From an uncultured Pseudomonadota bacterium (GTDB taxonomy: Bacteria > Pseudomonadota > Alphaproteobacteria > JACZXZ01), in NCBI GenBank assembly GCA_963749075.1, contig CAVVLJ010000004.1, positions 192,001-256,000 on the forward strand: a stretch of DNA of 64,000 nt, given 5' to 3'. The notes below the pieces were generated by a model. The model saw nothing but the letters and a program-made list of their open reading frames with translations, did not search any database and had not been told where the DNA came from. Both the position numbers and the translations under genes were made by a program. Of the stretch, positions 51,214-61,403 are shown piece after piece (the first letter of the stretch is position 1; every line of letters starts with the position of its first letter).

Positions 51214-51864
51214 TCAGTCCTCGGGGTCGTGCGGGCCCTCGCCGCCGGCCGCCTCCGTCTGCGGCCCGCCTTTGCCATTGGGCGGTTTCGGCTTGGGCGG
51301 CTTGGTGAGGAGGGCGAGCTTGGTCATGAAGCGGTTGTCGTCGCCGCTAACGATGATGGGGAGCGCCTCCGCGATCGCCGGCAGGAGCTTGTCCAGCCAG
51401 GCGTCGTCCTCCTCGTCGAAATCGCTCAGCACGTAGGGATAGACGAAGCGCTTGTCGCCCGGGTGGCCGATGCCGATGCGCAGGCGCCAATAGTCGGGCC
51501 CGAGATGGGCGTCGATGCTGCGCAATCCGTTGTGGCCGGCTGAGCCGCCGCCGCGCTTCACCTTGACCTTGCCGGGTGCCAGGTCGAGCTCGTCGTGGAT
51601 GACGAGGAGCTCGCCCGGCTCGAGCTTGTAGAAGCGCACGGCCTCGCCCACGGCGCGCCCGGACTCGTTCATGAAGGTCATGGGCTTGAGCACGAGGAGG
51701 CGCATGCCGGCGACGTTGCCCTCGGCGAGGAGGCCCTGGAAGCGGCTGCGCCACGGGGCAAAGGAATGGCGGCGGACGATCTCGTTCACCGCCATGAAGC
51801 CCACATTGTGCCGGTTGCCGCCGTATTTGGGCCCCGGATTGCCCAGGCCCACCACGAGACGCAT
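51214..51864 (-). CDS. pth: Peptidyl-tRNA hydrolase
   Basis: VGLGNPG, RHNVGF, FMNESG, HDELD, GHNGLRS. Confidence 0.97.
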   Translation of the reverse strand: MRLVVGLGNPGPKYGGNRHNVGFMAVNEIVRRHSFAPWRSRFQGLLAEGNVAGMRLLVLKPMTFMNESGRAVGEAVRFYKLEPGELLVIHDELDLAPGKVKVKRGGGSAGHNGLRSIDAHLGPDYWRLRIGIGHPGDKRFVYPYVLSDFDEEDDAWLDKLLPAIAEALPIIVSGDDNRFMTKLALLTKPPKPKPPNGKGGPQTEAAGGEGPHDPED

Positions 51865-51879
51865 GGCGCCGACCGGGCG

Positions 51880-52587
51880 TTAGGCCTTGCCCGCCTTCTC
51901 GCCGCGGCCCGGCTTCTCGGGCACCGCTTCCTTCTCCTTCTCTTTCTCCTTGGTCTCCTTGGCGGTGATCACCTCGACGGCGACCGGAGCCGCGGGTGCC
52001 GCGGTCTCGACGTCGAGCGCCGTGGTGGTGGGTGCGGCGACCGTGGCGACGGTGAAGTCGCGGCCCGTGATGGTCGGCCGCACGCCCTCCGGCAGCTTGA
52101 TGGCGCTGATGTGCACGCTGTCGCCGATGTCGAGGCCCGTGAGATCGATGCGGATCTCGTGGGGGATGCTGGTGGCGAGGCACACCAACGCTATCTCGTG
52201 GCGCACGACGTTGAGCACGCCGCCGCGCTTGATGCCGGGCGACGCCGCCTCGTTCTCGAAGCGCACCGGCACCGCGACCGTCACCTTGGTGTCGGGCTCG
52301 ACGCGCATGAAGTCGACGTGCACCGGGCTGTCGCTCACCGGATGGAACTGCACGTCGCGCGGCAGCACGCGCTCGACCGCGCCGTTCACCTTCACGTCGT
52401 AGAGATTGGTGAAGAAGCCGCTCTTGCGCAATTCGGGGACGAGCTCCGCCGGCTTCACGGCGACGAGCTCGGGCGCGCGCTTGGCGCCGTAGATGACGCC
52501 GGGCACCAGCCCGGCATTGCGTGCGGCACGGGCTGCCCCCTTACCTGCCCGCTCGCGCCGCTCCGCATTGAACACGGTTTCGGCCAT
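51880..52587 (-). CDS. rplY: 50S ribosomal protein L25/Ctc
   Basis: GKGAARAAR, VPGVIYG, QFHPV...HVDF, PGIKRGG. Confidence 0.96.
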   Translation of the reverse strand: MAETVFNAERRERAGKGAARAARNAGLVPGVIYGAKRAPELVAVKPAELVPELRKSGFFTNLYDVKVNGAVERVLPRDVQFHPVSDSPVHVDFMRVEPDTKVTVAVPVRFENEAASPGIKRGGVLNVVRHEIALVCLATSIPHEIRIDLTGLDIGDSVHISAIKLPEGVRPTITGRDFTVATVAAPTTTALDVETAAPAAPVAVEVITAKETKEKEKEKEAVPEKPGRGEKAGKA

Positions 52588-52619
52588 GATCGCTTCTCCT
52601 CTCTCGCACCACCCCGTCA

Positions 52620-52670
52620 GGGAGCGGGCTCCAAGGGCTGCGGCCTCCAGGGGTGCCGCGCGCCCGAAAC
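52620..52670 (-). promoter_or_regulatory. Possible structured rplY leader
   Basis: On the minus strand, GGGCGCGCGGC-ACCCCTGGAG-GCCGCAGCCC forms a stem-loop about 45 nt before the start codon. Confidence 0.4.
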
Positions 52671-52694
52671 TCGAAAAATCGCCCTCCCCCGGCC

Positions 52695-53666
52695 TCAGTC
52701 GGAAACCACGCCGAGCAGCTTGGCCACCTCGCCCTCGCTGAAGAGGCTCGACACCGAATCGCCCCGGCTGATGCGCCGGATCGCCTCGCCCAGAAGCGGG
52801 GCCACCGAGAGCACGCGGATCTTGTTCGACGCCCTCACCTCCTCGGGCGCCTCGATGCTGTCGGTGATCACCACCGTCTCGAGGGGCGAGCCCATGATGC
52901 GCCCGACCGCCTCGCCCGACAGCACGCCGTGGGTGCAATAGGCCGCCACCCACGAGGCTCCGTGGTCGGCGAGCGCCTGGGCGGCATTGCACAGCGTGCC
53001 GGCGGAATCGACGATGTCGTCGATCAGGATGCAGCGGCGGCCCTTCACGTCGCCGATGATGTTCATGACCTCGGACTCGCCGGCGCGCTCGCGGCGCTTA
53101 TCGATGATCGCGAGGTCCGCGTCAAGTGGCTTGGCGATGGCGCGGGCGCGCAGGAGGCCCCCCACGTCGGGCGACACGATAACCAGATCACTGCCGTTAT
53201 GATGGTTACGAATGTCGTTGTAGAAGACGGGTGCCGCATAGAGGTTGTCGAGCGGGATGTCGAAGAAGCCCTGGATCTGGTTGGCGTGGAGGTCGAGGGT
53301 GAGCACCCGGTTGGCGCCCGCCGTGGTGATGAGGTTGGCCACCAGCTTGGCCGAGATTGGCGTGCGCGGGCCGGTTTTGCGGTCCTGGCGGGCGTAGCCG
53401 TAATAGGGCAGCACGGCGGTGATGCGGGCGGGCGAGGCGCGCTTCAAGGCGTCGAGCCAGATGAGCAGCTCCATCATGTGGTCGTTGGCGGGGTAGGAGG
53501 TCGGCTGCACCACGAAGACGTCCTGGCCGCGCATGTTCTCGAGGATTTCGACGAAGAGCTCGTTGTCGGCGAAGCGCCGCACGCTCGCCTTGCTCACCTT
53601 CACGTCGATGTAGCGCGCGATGCCTTCGGCAAGGGGCCGGTTCGCCGTGCCGCTCAGGAGCTTCAT
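52695..53666 (-). CDS. prs: Ribose-phosphate pyrophosphokinase
   Basis: [31 protein letters not shown]. Confidence 0.97.
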   Translation of the reverse strand: MKLLSGTANRPLAEGIARYIDVKVSKASVRRFADNELFVEILENMRGQDVFVVQPTSYPANDHMMELLIWLDALKRASPARITAVLPYYGYARQDRKTGPRTPISAKLVANLITTAGANRVLTLDLHANQIQGFFDIPLDNLYAAPVFYNDIRNHHNGSDLVIVSPDVGGLLRARAIAKPLDADLAIIDKRRERAGESEVMNIIGDVKGRRCILIDDIVDSAGTLCNAAQALADHGASWVAAYCTHGVLSGEAVGRIMGSPLETVVITDSIEAPEEVRASNKIRVLSVAPLLGEAIRRISRGDSVSSLFSEGEVAKLLGVVSD

Positions 53667-53816
53667 GCCGGTCTGCCTCAAGGGGTGCGCCGTGCCGCCC
53701 GGCGCCGAGATGCCGCCGGCCCTCGAACGCGTCCGCGGCGTCTCTATAACAACCCGACGCAAAACTGTAAACTGTTGCGGCGCGGCAAGGGAAACTCGTC
53801 CCAAGGGAATCGGCGG

Positions 53817-54344
53817 GTGAGCGACAATTACATCACGGCGGAGGTCAAGGCACTGATCGGCGCGGAATCGCCGCCCGCCGAGGCCTGGCATGCTGTCGAG
53901 GCAAGCGAGGTGCGGCGCTTCTTCCAGGCGACCATGGACCCCTCGAAGCACTATTGGGAGGAGGCCTCGCGCGCCGCGAGCCGCTACGGCGGCCCCGTCG
54001 CCCCCCTCGGCTTCCCGGTCCATGCCTTCCGCCGGCCGCCCGACCGGCCGGACCCGCTTCAAGCCATGGGGGAGCCCGACTTCGACGGCCTCAGCCGGGC
54101 GCTCCGCCCCGGCCTGCCGCCGGTCAAGGTGCCCTTGCCGCGGCTCTTGAACGGCGGCTACGAGTACGAGTTCTTCCGCTACGCGCGCCTGGGCGAGCGC
54201 ATCCTTTGCCGGAGCCGCTACAAGGACATCTACCAGCGCGACGGCAAGGGCGGCGCCATGATTTTCCTCATCATCGAGGACCGTTATGCGACCGCGGCGG
54301 GGGAGCCCCTCCTCAATGCGGTCAACACCATCATCCTGCGCTGA
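53817..54344 (+). CDS. MaoC-dehydratase N-type hot-dog protein
   Basis: [23 protein letters not shown]; GTG start. Confidence 0.85.
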   Translation: MSDNYITAEVKALIGAESPPAEAWHAVEASEVRRFFQATMDPSKHYWEEASRAASRYGGPVAPLGFPVHAFRRPPDRPDPLQAMGEPDFDGLSRALRPGLPPVKVPLPRLLNGGYEYEFFRYARLGERILCRSRYKDIYQRDGKGGAMIFLIIEDRYATAAGEPLLNAVNTIILR

Positions 54345-54354
54345 GGGCGTTGCC

Positions 54355-54843
54355 GTGGCCCAGGTCTTCTTCGAGGACGTTGAGGTGGGCGACGCCATCC
54401 CCGAGGTCGTCAAGGGCCCGATGACGACCGCGCACATCATGCGCTGGTCGGCCGCCATGGAGAACTGGCACCGCATCCACTACGACTGGCGCTACGCCAC
54501 CGGCCACGACAAGCTGCCCGACGTGGTGGTGAACGGCTCGTGGAAGCAGCACGTCATGATCCAGCTCGTGGCCGGCTGGGCCGGCGAGGCCGGCTGGCCG
54601 TGGAAGCTCCGCTTCCAGTTCCGCGCCATGAACGTCCCCGGCGAGACGCTCACCGCCTGGGGCCGCGTTAGGGCCAAGACCGCGCGCGGCGCCTACGGCG
54701 TCGTCGAGCTCGAGATCGGCTTGAGAAACGAGAAGGGCGAGGAGGGCACGCCCGGCACTGCGACCGTGGTCTTGCCCCGGCGCAACGGCCCGCCCGTGCC
54801 CTACCCCTTCGACCCGCGCGTGCTCGAGGTGAAGGCGAGGTGA
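54355..54843 (+). CDS. MaoC-like dehydratase
   Basis: [20 protein letters not shown] motifs. Confidence 0.87.
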   Translation: MAQVFFEDVEVGDAIPEVVKGPMTTAHIMRWSAAMENWHRIHYDWRYATGHDKLPDVVVNGSWKQHVMIQLVAGWAGEAGWPWKLRFQFRAMNVPGETLTAWGRVRAKTARGAYGVVELEIGLRNEKGEEGTPGTATVVLPRRNGPPVPYPFDPRVLEVKAR

Positions 54844-54868
54844 GCTAGCGGATCGTCGGCAGGAAGGC

Positions 54869-56251
54869 TCATCTCTTCCAGATCTCCTGCCATGCCGCAA
54901 AGTCGGACGGCCTGATCTGGTATCGTGCGAAGTTTCCCTCGTGCAGGCTCATAAGTTCGCTCTCGGCAGTCTCTTGGAACCGCTCGCGCTCCCCAGGATC
55001 GACGTGCTCGCGCGTCCACGCCGCGACATGCTTCGCGGCCTCATTCTTGTCCATGCGTCCGCGGACAACCCCACCGACGACTTCGCGTAGCGCTGTGCGA
55101 TGCCGCAGCCGGAAGGGATCGGGTTCCCCTAGCGACTGCCGGACCGCCGCGTAACGTGCAGCGGACCGCTCATAGGCCCAGATGAACACGTCGTGCAGCA
55201 ATGCAATCCGGTTCAGTTCGTAGACCCCAAGCACAGCGTCGGTATAAGCGCCGCGCGGCACGCCCTCGAACGAAAGCGGGGAGAGGTTGCCCTTGATCAG
55301 GGGAATGTTTGCCGAAAGGCGCGACACGCGTTTGTTGACGTCGTCGAACGGTTGCAAATAGGGAAGCTGCACCATCGCGAAAAAGGCCTGCTCGAACGGA
55401 TCGGCGATCGCCGAGGCCGTCGCGAGAATCTGGTCGAAGCATTCTTCGATGAGCTGCGGTACTTCCAGTGGATGAAAGACCGAACGCTCGATGCCGACGC
55501 CGATATGCCGAAGCCGGCCCACTGCCTCGGGATCGGCGAGCAGGTTGTTGGCAAGCAGCGCGTGCAGGTTGAGGATCGTGTAGCGGTTGAAGCCGATCTC
55601 CTCCGCCGTGCCGACCAGAAACTCGATCGCGTCCTTGTGGTTGAGGATCATCTGCGCTTCGATACCTGCCTTCCCTCCCGCCTCCTCGCCAAGCTCGATT
55701 AGGCGCTTGGTGTCGAGCAGCGAATAGGTGTTGCCCTCGAGACGGCTTGAATTCCAAGACAGGTCGATCAATAGCCGGCTCAAAATCCGCTTGGCATATG
55801 TGCCGGCAGGCTGTTCGGGTGTCTTGGGCGTGCCGGTTTCGCGAAGGTGCGCGCGCTCGGCCGGCGACAGATAGAAGGTTTCATTGGGCCGGTACGAATC
55901 GAGGAATGCGCGGTTATAGCCGACCGGCTTGCGCGTCTCGACGGGCTTGCGGACATATTCCTCGATCTCGGCGCCCGACTTGGAGAGCGGCAGCCGGGCT
56001 TCGCCCTCTGCCTTGGCTTGCCCGCTCCCCACATCCGCGATGCGGGGCATGTGGTAGCGCGCCCAGCGTCCCTCGCCCTTCATGACCAGTCGCTTACTGT
56101 CGACGAGAGACTTGAGGCGGTATTGCAGGGTCCGGCGCGGAGGCGCGGATTTCAGCGCGTCGGCGACCTCCGGCGCGGTCATCCCCTCGGGATGGCGTCG
56201 CACGGTCTCCTCAATCGCTTGCAAATCGTCTTCCTGGATGCGCCTTGCCAC
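54869..56251 (-). CDS. Fic family protein with N-terminal wHTH and non-canonical Fic motif
   Basis: SWNSSRLEGN, YLQPFDDVNKRVSRL; N-terminal RRTLQYRLKSLV...GEGRWARY. Confidence 0.9.
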   Translation of the reverse strand: MARRIQEDDLQAIEETVRRHPEGMTAPEVADALKSAPPRRTLQYRLKSLVDSKRLVMKGEGRWARYHMPRIADVGSGQAKAEGEARLPLSKSGAEIEEYVRKPVETRKPVGYNRAFLDSYRPNETFYLSPAERAHLRETGTPKTPEQPAGTYAKRILSRLLIDLSWNSSRLEGNTYSLLDTKRLIELGEEAGGKAGIEAQMILNHKDAIEFLVGTAEEIGFNRYTILNLHALLANNLLADPEAVGRLRHIGVGIERSVFHPLEVPQLIEECFDQILATASAIADPFEQAFFAMVQLPYLQPFDDVNKRVSRLSANIPLIKGNLSPLSFEGVPRGAYTDAVLGVYELNRIALLHDVFIWAYERSAARYAAVRQSLGEPDPFRLRHRTALREVVGGVVRGRMDKNEAAKHVAAWTREHVDPGERERFQETAESELMSLHEGNFARYQIRPSDFAAWQEIWKR

Positions 56252-56265
56252 CTCGCCTCTCTTTG

Positions 56266-56364
56266 TTGCGCGGAGACACCCTATGCGCAATTTATCTGAT
56301 TTAGACGCAGTTATCAAGGCTACGCGCAACAATTATTGCGCGTAGCCTTACTATGTTGCGCATA
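56266..56364. promoter_or_regulatory. Nested inverted-repeat operator upstream of fic
   Basis: Perfect 14-bp IR AAGGCTACGCGCAA-N6-TTGCGCGTAGCCTT (56316-56349); outer pair TATGCGCAA (56282) and TTGCGCATA (56356); extra TTGCGCG (56266). Confidence 0.7.
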
Positions 56365-56502
56365 AAGTCTGGCCCGTCGTCCGGCCGCATGCACAGGTCT
56401 CGCGGATGCTTGCAGGACCCACCGCCCGTGGTCCGAGGCACCTATGCATTGCGCGGCATCGTGATTTGCCGCTGATCCTCGCGCCTTTGCGAGCCCCGTG
56501 GC

Positions 56503-57441
56503 TCACTTCACTTTCGGCGCATCCGCCTGCGCCACGAGGGCGGCGATTCCCCCGGCGGCGTTCTGCGCCACGGCGGAGGCGATCTCGCCCCACACGCGCT
56601 CGAGGATGCGGGTGGGCACGTTGTTCTCCTGGCTCACCTCGCCGACCACCTGGCCGTCCTGGCGCTTCACGGTCCATGACACCTTGACGTGCTGGTGGTC
56701 CTCGTCGAGCCGCGAGGTCGCGACCGTGCCGTCGAGCAGCAGGCTGTCCGCCGCCTTCTTCTCGACCACCCGCACGTTGGCCACCTTGAGGGCATATTCG
56801 ATGGTGCGGCGGAGCGCCACGTCGCCGTCGCCCGAGGGCGCTCCCTTGATGGCGGCGACGAGGAGGCTGCGTCCGCGCCCTGCTGCCCTCGCGGCATTCT
56901 CCGCCAGCGCCGCCGCCGCCGTGCCATCGGACGGCACCGGTGCATCGCCCTCGATGCCTTTGACCACGGTCTCCGCCGGCTCGCGCGCAAGCTCGGCTAA
57001 GAACCTCGCGCGCGTGACGGGTGCCGCGAGATCGCCGAGGATGGGAAGCCGCTGGCTGTAGCGGGCGACGAGCTCGCCGTGCTCGCCGCGCACCTCCCAG
57101 ATCACCGAGGGCTGCATCGTGAGCTCCGCCTCCGGCGGCGGTGCGACGAAGCGCCCGCCCACGCTGTAGATCACCCGGCGCCGCCCGCCGTCGCCCACCG
57201 CGACCAGGAGGTTGCGCTTGGCGAGCGACTGGGCCATGGCATCGGCGAGCAGGCGGCCGAGCGAGGGCGGCAGGCCCGCGACCGGCGTCACCGCGACGAC
57301 GGGCGCCTTGAGTGCGGGATCGCCGATCTGGGCGGGGAGCGGCTTCGTCAAGGGGCGGAAGGGCCGCGGCTCGTCGATGCAGCCGGCCAAGGCGGCCGCC
57401 GCGAGGAGAAGGAGCGGGACGAGCGCTTTCCTAGGTGGCAC
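56503..57441 (-). CDS. Hypothetical lipoprotein
   Basis: Lipobox LAGC; C-terminal GEVSQENNVP...WG. Confidence 0.8.
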   Translation of the reverse strand: MPPRKALVPLLLLAAAALAGCIDEPRPFRPLTKPLPAQIGDPALKAPVVAVTPVAGLPPSLGRLLADAMAQSLAKRNLLVAVGDGGRRRVIYSVGGRFVAPPPEAELTMQPSVIWEVRGEHGELVARYSQRLPILGDLAAPVTRARFLAELAREPAETVVKGIEGDAPVPSDGTAAAALAENAARAAGRGRSLLVAAIKGAPSGDGDVALRRTIEYALKVANVRVVEKKAADSLLLDGTVATSRLDEDHQHVKVSWTVKRQDGQVVGEVSQENNVPTRILERVWGEIASAVAQNAAGGIAALVAQADAPKVK

Positions 57442-57527
57442 AGCTCACCAGCAGGGCGATGACGAGGGCGAGTGCCATGAAGCCGGTCAGCATGACGAGG
57501 TGCGGCATGGCCCGGCACTCCGCGGCG

Positions 57528-58679
57528 CTATTTCACCACCAGCTCGAGCGGCGCCTTGCTCAGCACCTCGGCGCCGGCCGCCGTCACCTCCGAGGTACGG
57601 CCGAGCGTCATGGCGAGCCCGCTCTCGCTGTTCAAGACGATCATGTGGAGGAAGAAGACCATGCCGGGCTCCACGATCTCGGGATTGTCCTGGTAGAACA
57701 TCGGCCAGTCCATCCAGTTGGGCGAGAAGGTGGTGCCGAGGCTGTAGCCGCAGGCATTGAGGCGGTGCGCGCGGTAGCCGGCACCATCGAGCACGCGGGC
57801 GTGCGCCTCGAACACCTCGCCCATCGGCCGTCCCGGCAGAAGCGCCTCCTCGCAGGCGAGAAGCGCCTCGGCCGCCACCTTGTGCATCTCGCGCTGGGCG
57901 GGCGGGCAGGCTCCTACGCGGAGCGTGCGCATCAGGCAGGCATGGTAGTGGCGGTAGACGCCGGCGAACTCGAGGGTGAGCTGGTCCTCCCGGCCGAGCT
58001 TGCGGCGGCCGGAATAATAGCGGCAGAGGAGGGCGTCGCTTCCCGAGCCGATGATGTACTCGTTGGCCGGATAGTCGCCGCCGCCGGCAAAGACCGCACC
58101 CTGCATGGCGGCGAGGATGTCGCCCTCGAAGGCGCCGGGTGCGGCCAGGCGCACCGCCTCGGCCCAGGCGGCGTCCGCGAGCTCGGCGCCGCGCCGCACG
58201 TAAGCGAGCTCGGCGGCACTCTTCACCACGCGCAAGCGGCTCACCAAGTCCGAGGCGTCGTCGAGCGTGGCAAAGCCCTCGAGCGCCGCCGCGAGGCGGC
58301 GGCCGTTCCGCGCCGTGAGCCCATAGGCCTCCCACTCGACGCCGAGCCGCTTTCCCTTGGAGCCGTGCTCCTCGAGGATGCTCTTCAGCTCGCGCGCCGG
58401 CTCGGCGTCGGGCGCATCGACCCAGATGCGGATGTCCTCGATGACCGAGGTGTGCTGCGCCTGGCGCAGGTCGGGTGCGCGGGTCAAGAGCGTCATGCGG
58501 CCGTCGGCGCCGAGATAGAGGCACTGGAAGAAGACGTAGCCGAAGCTGTCGTAGCCGGTGAGGTAGTACATGCTCTCCTGGCGGAACATCAGGAGCCCGT
58601 CGAGCCCGCGCTTGGCCATGGCGGCAACCGCGCGCACCCTGCGCCCCTTGAGCTCGGCCCGCTCGAAATGGATCGCCAT
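57528..58679 (-). CDS. M24 Xaa-Pro peptidase family protein
   Basis: YYLTGYD, LRVVKS.AE, LEFAG, GYSLG, FFLHM. Confidence 0.9.
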   Translation of the reverse strand: MAIHFERAELKGRRVRAVAAMAKRGLDGLLMFRQESMYYLTGYDSFGYVFFQCLYLGADGRMTLLTRAPDLRQAQHTSVIEDIRIWVDAPDAEPARELKSILEEHGSKGKRLGVEWEAYGLTARNGRRLAAALEGFATLDDASDLVSRLRVVKSAAELAYVRRGAELADAAWAEAVRLAAPGAFEGDILAAMQGAVFAGGGDYPANEYIIGSGSDALLCRYYSGRRKLGREDQLTLEFAGVYRHYHACLMRTLRVGACPPAQREMHKVAAEALLACEEALLPGRPMGEVFEAHARVLDGAGYRAHRLNACGYSLGTTFSPNWMDWPMFYQDNPEIVEPGMVFFLHMIVLNSESGLAMTLGRTSEVTAAGAEVLSKAPLELVVK

Positions 58680-58693
58680 CGTCCCCGTCCTGC

Positions 58694-59473
58694 CTAGGCG
58701 AGTGCTATCGCCGAGAGTGCCCGCCCGTAATCCTTGACGCCCTCGTGGCTGTTGCGCCGGTAGCTGAAGAAGAGCTCCGGCGCCGCGTAGGTGTCGTGGC
58801 CGAGCCGATCGACGGCGGCGAGCCCGAGGTGCTCCAGCCGCTTCGCCACATAGGCCTCTAGGTCGAACATGTAATGGCCGGGCCGCTCGGCCGGCCGGAA
58901 GAAGGCGCCGTTCGCCGCATCCTCGTCGAGGAAGGGCGAGGGGAACTCCGTGCCGACCTCGTAGGAAGAGGCGGCGATGCAGGGGCCGATGGCGGCGCGG
59001 ATGCGCGTTGGCCTGGCGCCCTCGGCCACCATGGCCGCGACCGTCGCCTCGAGGATGCCGCCGAGTGCGCCGCGCCAGCCGGCGTGGGCGGCACCCGCCA
59101 CGCCGCCTTCGGCATCGGCGAGCAGCACGGGCGCGCAATCGGCGGCGAGCACGCCCAACGCCAGGCCGCGCCGGCGCGTCACCAGGCCGTCGACCTCGGG
59201 GCGGGCATCCGGCGGCAAGGGTGCCTCGAGCACCTCGACGCGCGCGGAATGCACCTGGTAGGCGGTCGCCAGCGCCTCGCCCGCGAGTGCCAGGGCCGCC
59301 ATGGCACGCGCGCGGTTCTCGCGCACGTCGGCGATGTCGTCGCCCGAGCCCAGGCCGCAGTTGAGCGAGGCATAGATGCCGCGCGAGACGCCGCCCTGGC
59401 GGGTGAAGAAGCCGTGCCGCACGCCGTCCAAGGCGGCGAGTGCTGCACTTTCCAAGGCGGGAGCGGGCGTCAT
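58694..59473 (-). CDS. pgeF: Peptidoglycan editing factor / purine nucleoside phosphorylase YfiH
   Basis: HGFFTRQGG, QVHS, ADCAPVL, HAGWRG, FSYRR. Confidence 0.95.
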   Translation of the reverse strand: MTPAPALESAALAALDGVRHGFFTRQGGVSRGIYASLNCGLGSGDDIADVRENRARAMAALALAGEALATAYQVHSARVEVLEAPLPPDARPEVDGLVTRRRGLALGVLAADCAPVLLADAEGGVAGAAHAGWRGALGGILEATVAAMVAEGARPTRIRAAIGPCIAASSYEVGTEFPSPFLDEDAANGAFFRPAERPGHYMFDLEAYVAKRLEHLGLAAVDRLGHDTYAAPELFFSYRRNSHEGVKDYGRALSAIALA

Positions 59474-60561
59474 TGCACCTCTCTGAACCCGGAGGGCACC
59501 GGCAGGGCCGGATGGGCCACGGCAAGCGCCTTGTAGAGGGTGCCCATTTCCTCGGGGCCGATCAAGCGCCTGAGCGCCTGGCGGATCTCCTCGGCCTGCT
59601 CGGCGGTGGCGGAGCGGGTGAGCTGATCGGCGCGGCCGAGGATGCCGAGCTCGACGAGGAAGCGGCCTTGCTCGACGGGTCCGTAGACGCGAGCTCCCGC
59701 CTCGGCTGCCGTGCGGGCGAGGCCGGCGAAGTCGACGTGCGCGGTGAGATCGGCGCTCCCCGGTGCCGTGAGCGCATCGTGCCGCCGGTGGCCGCGCAGC
59801 GCCTGGAGCGTCGAGCCGAGGCTGCCGCCAACGCGGCCGTAATCGATGAAGAGGGCGACGCCGCCTTCGCTCGCGAGGCGCCGGGCGACGTTGCCCACGA
59901 GGCTGATGGCGGCCGGCGACAGCTCGGCGATGGAGCCCAAGGGCGCCGCGCGCTCCTCGCCGGTGAGCAGCATGGCGGCAGCCGCCGGCCGCGAGGCAAG
60001 GGTGAAGCGGAAGGAGCCGTCCGCGGGCTCGTAGTCGACAAGCCGCTCGCGCCAGCCCGCGGCCGTGCGCTCGAGCTGGAGGATGGGGAGCGCATCGAGG
60101 AACTCGTTGGCGAGGAGGATGGCCGGCCCCTCGGGCAGCGCTGCGAAATCCCGGTGCCAAGCGACCGTATGCCCGGCGAGCCGGGCGCGCTGCATCTCGG
60201 CGAGCCGGGCGCTCGCCTCGACGAGGTGGACCTGCGCCGCCGCGAGGAAGTCCGGCCGCAGGCGGAGTGCGCGCAGCGCGTCCGCCATCATGAGGCCGCG
60301 CCCTGGGCCGAGCTCGACGAGATGGACGGCTCCGGGCCGGCCCATGAGGTCCCAGGCGGCAGCACTCCAGAGGCCGAGGAGCTCGCCGAACATCTGGCTG
60401 ATCTCGGGTGCCGTCACATAGTCGCCGGCGGCACCCAAGACCGGGCTCCGGGCGTAATAGCCCTCCTGCGGGTGCCACAGCGCCTCGGTCATGAACTCGG
60501 CCAGGCTGAGCGGGCCCTTGCGGCGGATGAGCCGTGCCAGATGCCCGCCGGCAGCGCTCAC
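59470..60561 (-). CDS. MidA/NDUFAF7-family SAM-dependent methyltransferase
   Basis: GDYVTAPEISQMFGE, ELGPGRG, ANEFLDALP, DLTAHVDF. Confidence 0.94.
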   Translation of the reverse strand: MSAAGGHLARLIRRKGPLSLAEFMTEALWHPQEGYYARSPVLGAAGDYVTAPEISQMFGELLGLWSAAAWDLMGRPGAVHLVELGPGRGLMMADALRALRLRPDFLAAAQVHLVEASARLAEMQRARLAGHTVAWHRDFAALPEGPAILLANEFLDALPILQLERTAAGWRERLVDYEPADGSFRFTLASRPAAAAMLLTGEERAAPLGSIAELSPAAISLVGNVARRLASEGGVALFIDYGRVGGSLGSTLQALRGHRRHDALTAPGSADLTAHVDFAGLARTAAEAGARVYGPVEQGRFLVELGILGRADQLTRSATAEQAEEIRQALRRLIGPEEMGTLYKALAVAHPALPVPSGFREVQ

Positions 60562-61358
60562 GGCCCCGGCCGGGCGGAAAGCGGCTTTGAGCGCCACGCC
60601 AGCCACGCGCCGGCGAGGATGAGGGGGATCGAGTAGAGCTGCCCGGCGGTGGTGCCGAAGGCGAGGAAGCCCATGAAGGAGTCCGGCTCGCGGAAGAACT
60701 CGCCGACGATGCGCGCGATGCCGTAGCCCATGAGAAAGACGCCGGCAAGGAAGCCGGGCCGCTCGCGCCAGCCCATGCGCCGCAGCACGAAGAGAAGGAT
60801 GAAGAGGACGACGCCTTCGAGGAGCGCCTCGTAGAGCTGGCTCGGATGGCGCGGCTCGGGGCCGCCGCGGGGAAAGATCATGGCCCAGGGCAGATCGCTC
60901 GGGCGGCCGAAGAGCTCGCCGTTCGCGAAATTGGCGAGGCGGCCGAAGAAGAGCCCGATCGGCACCGCGCAGACCACCGCATCGCCCACCATGAGGAAGG
61001 AGAGCTTGTCGTGGCGCGCGAAGAGGACGAGCGCCGTGATGACGCCGATGAGGCCGCCGTGGAACGACATGCCGCCGTGCCACAGCTCGAGGACCTCCAT
61101 GGGATGGGCGAGGTAATAGCTCGGCTGATAGAAGAGGATGTAGCCGAGCCGGCCGCCCAGCACGATGCCGAACGTGCACCACACGACGAGGTCGTCGCAT
61201 TGCTCGCCGCTCATCGCCTTGGGCGGGCTCGCGGCGATGCGGCGCACGTGGCGCCAGCCGATGAGGATGCCGACGATGTAGGCCAGCGCGTACCAGCGGA
61301 TGGCGAGTGGGCCGATGCGCAGCGCTACGGGATCGATGTCGGGAAAGTGGAGTGCCAT
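60558..61358 (-). CDS. lgt: Prolipoprotein diacylglyceryl transferase
   Basis: IRWYALAY, GGRLGY, GGMSFHGG, GRLANF.NGEL, HPSQLYE. Confidence 0.97.
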   Translation of the reverse strand: MALHFPDIDPVALRIGPLAIRWYALAYIVGILIGWRHVRRIAASPPKAMSGEQCDDLVVWCTFGIVLGGRLGYILFYQPSYYLAHPMEVLELWHGGMSFHGGLIGVITALVLFARHDKLSFLMVGDAVVCAVPIGLFFGRLANFANGELFGRPSDLPWAMIFPRGGPEPRHPSQLYEALLEGVVLFILLFVLRRMGWRERPGFLAGVFLMGYGIARIVGEFFREPDSFMGFLAFGTTAGQLYSIPLILAGAWLAWRSKPLSARPGP

Positions 61359-61403
61359 CGGCGGTCGCTCGCGTCCTTGCGCGTCAGGGGTCCTTCGGGA
61401 AGC

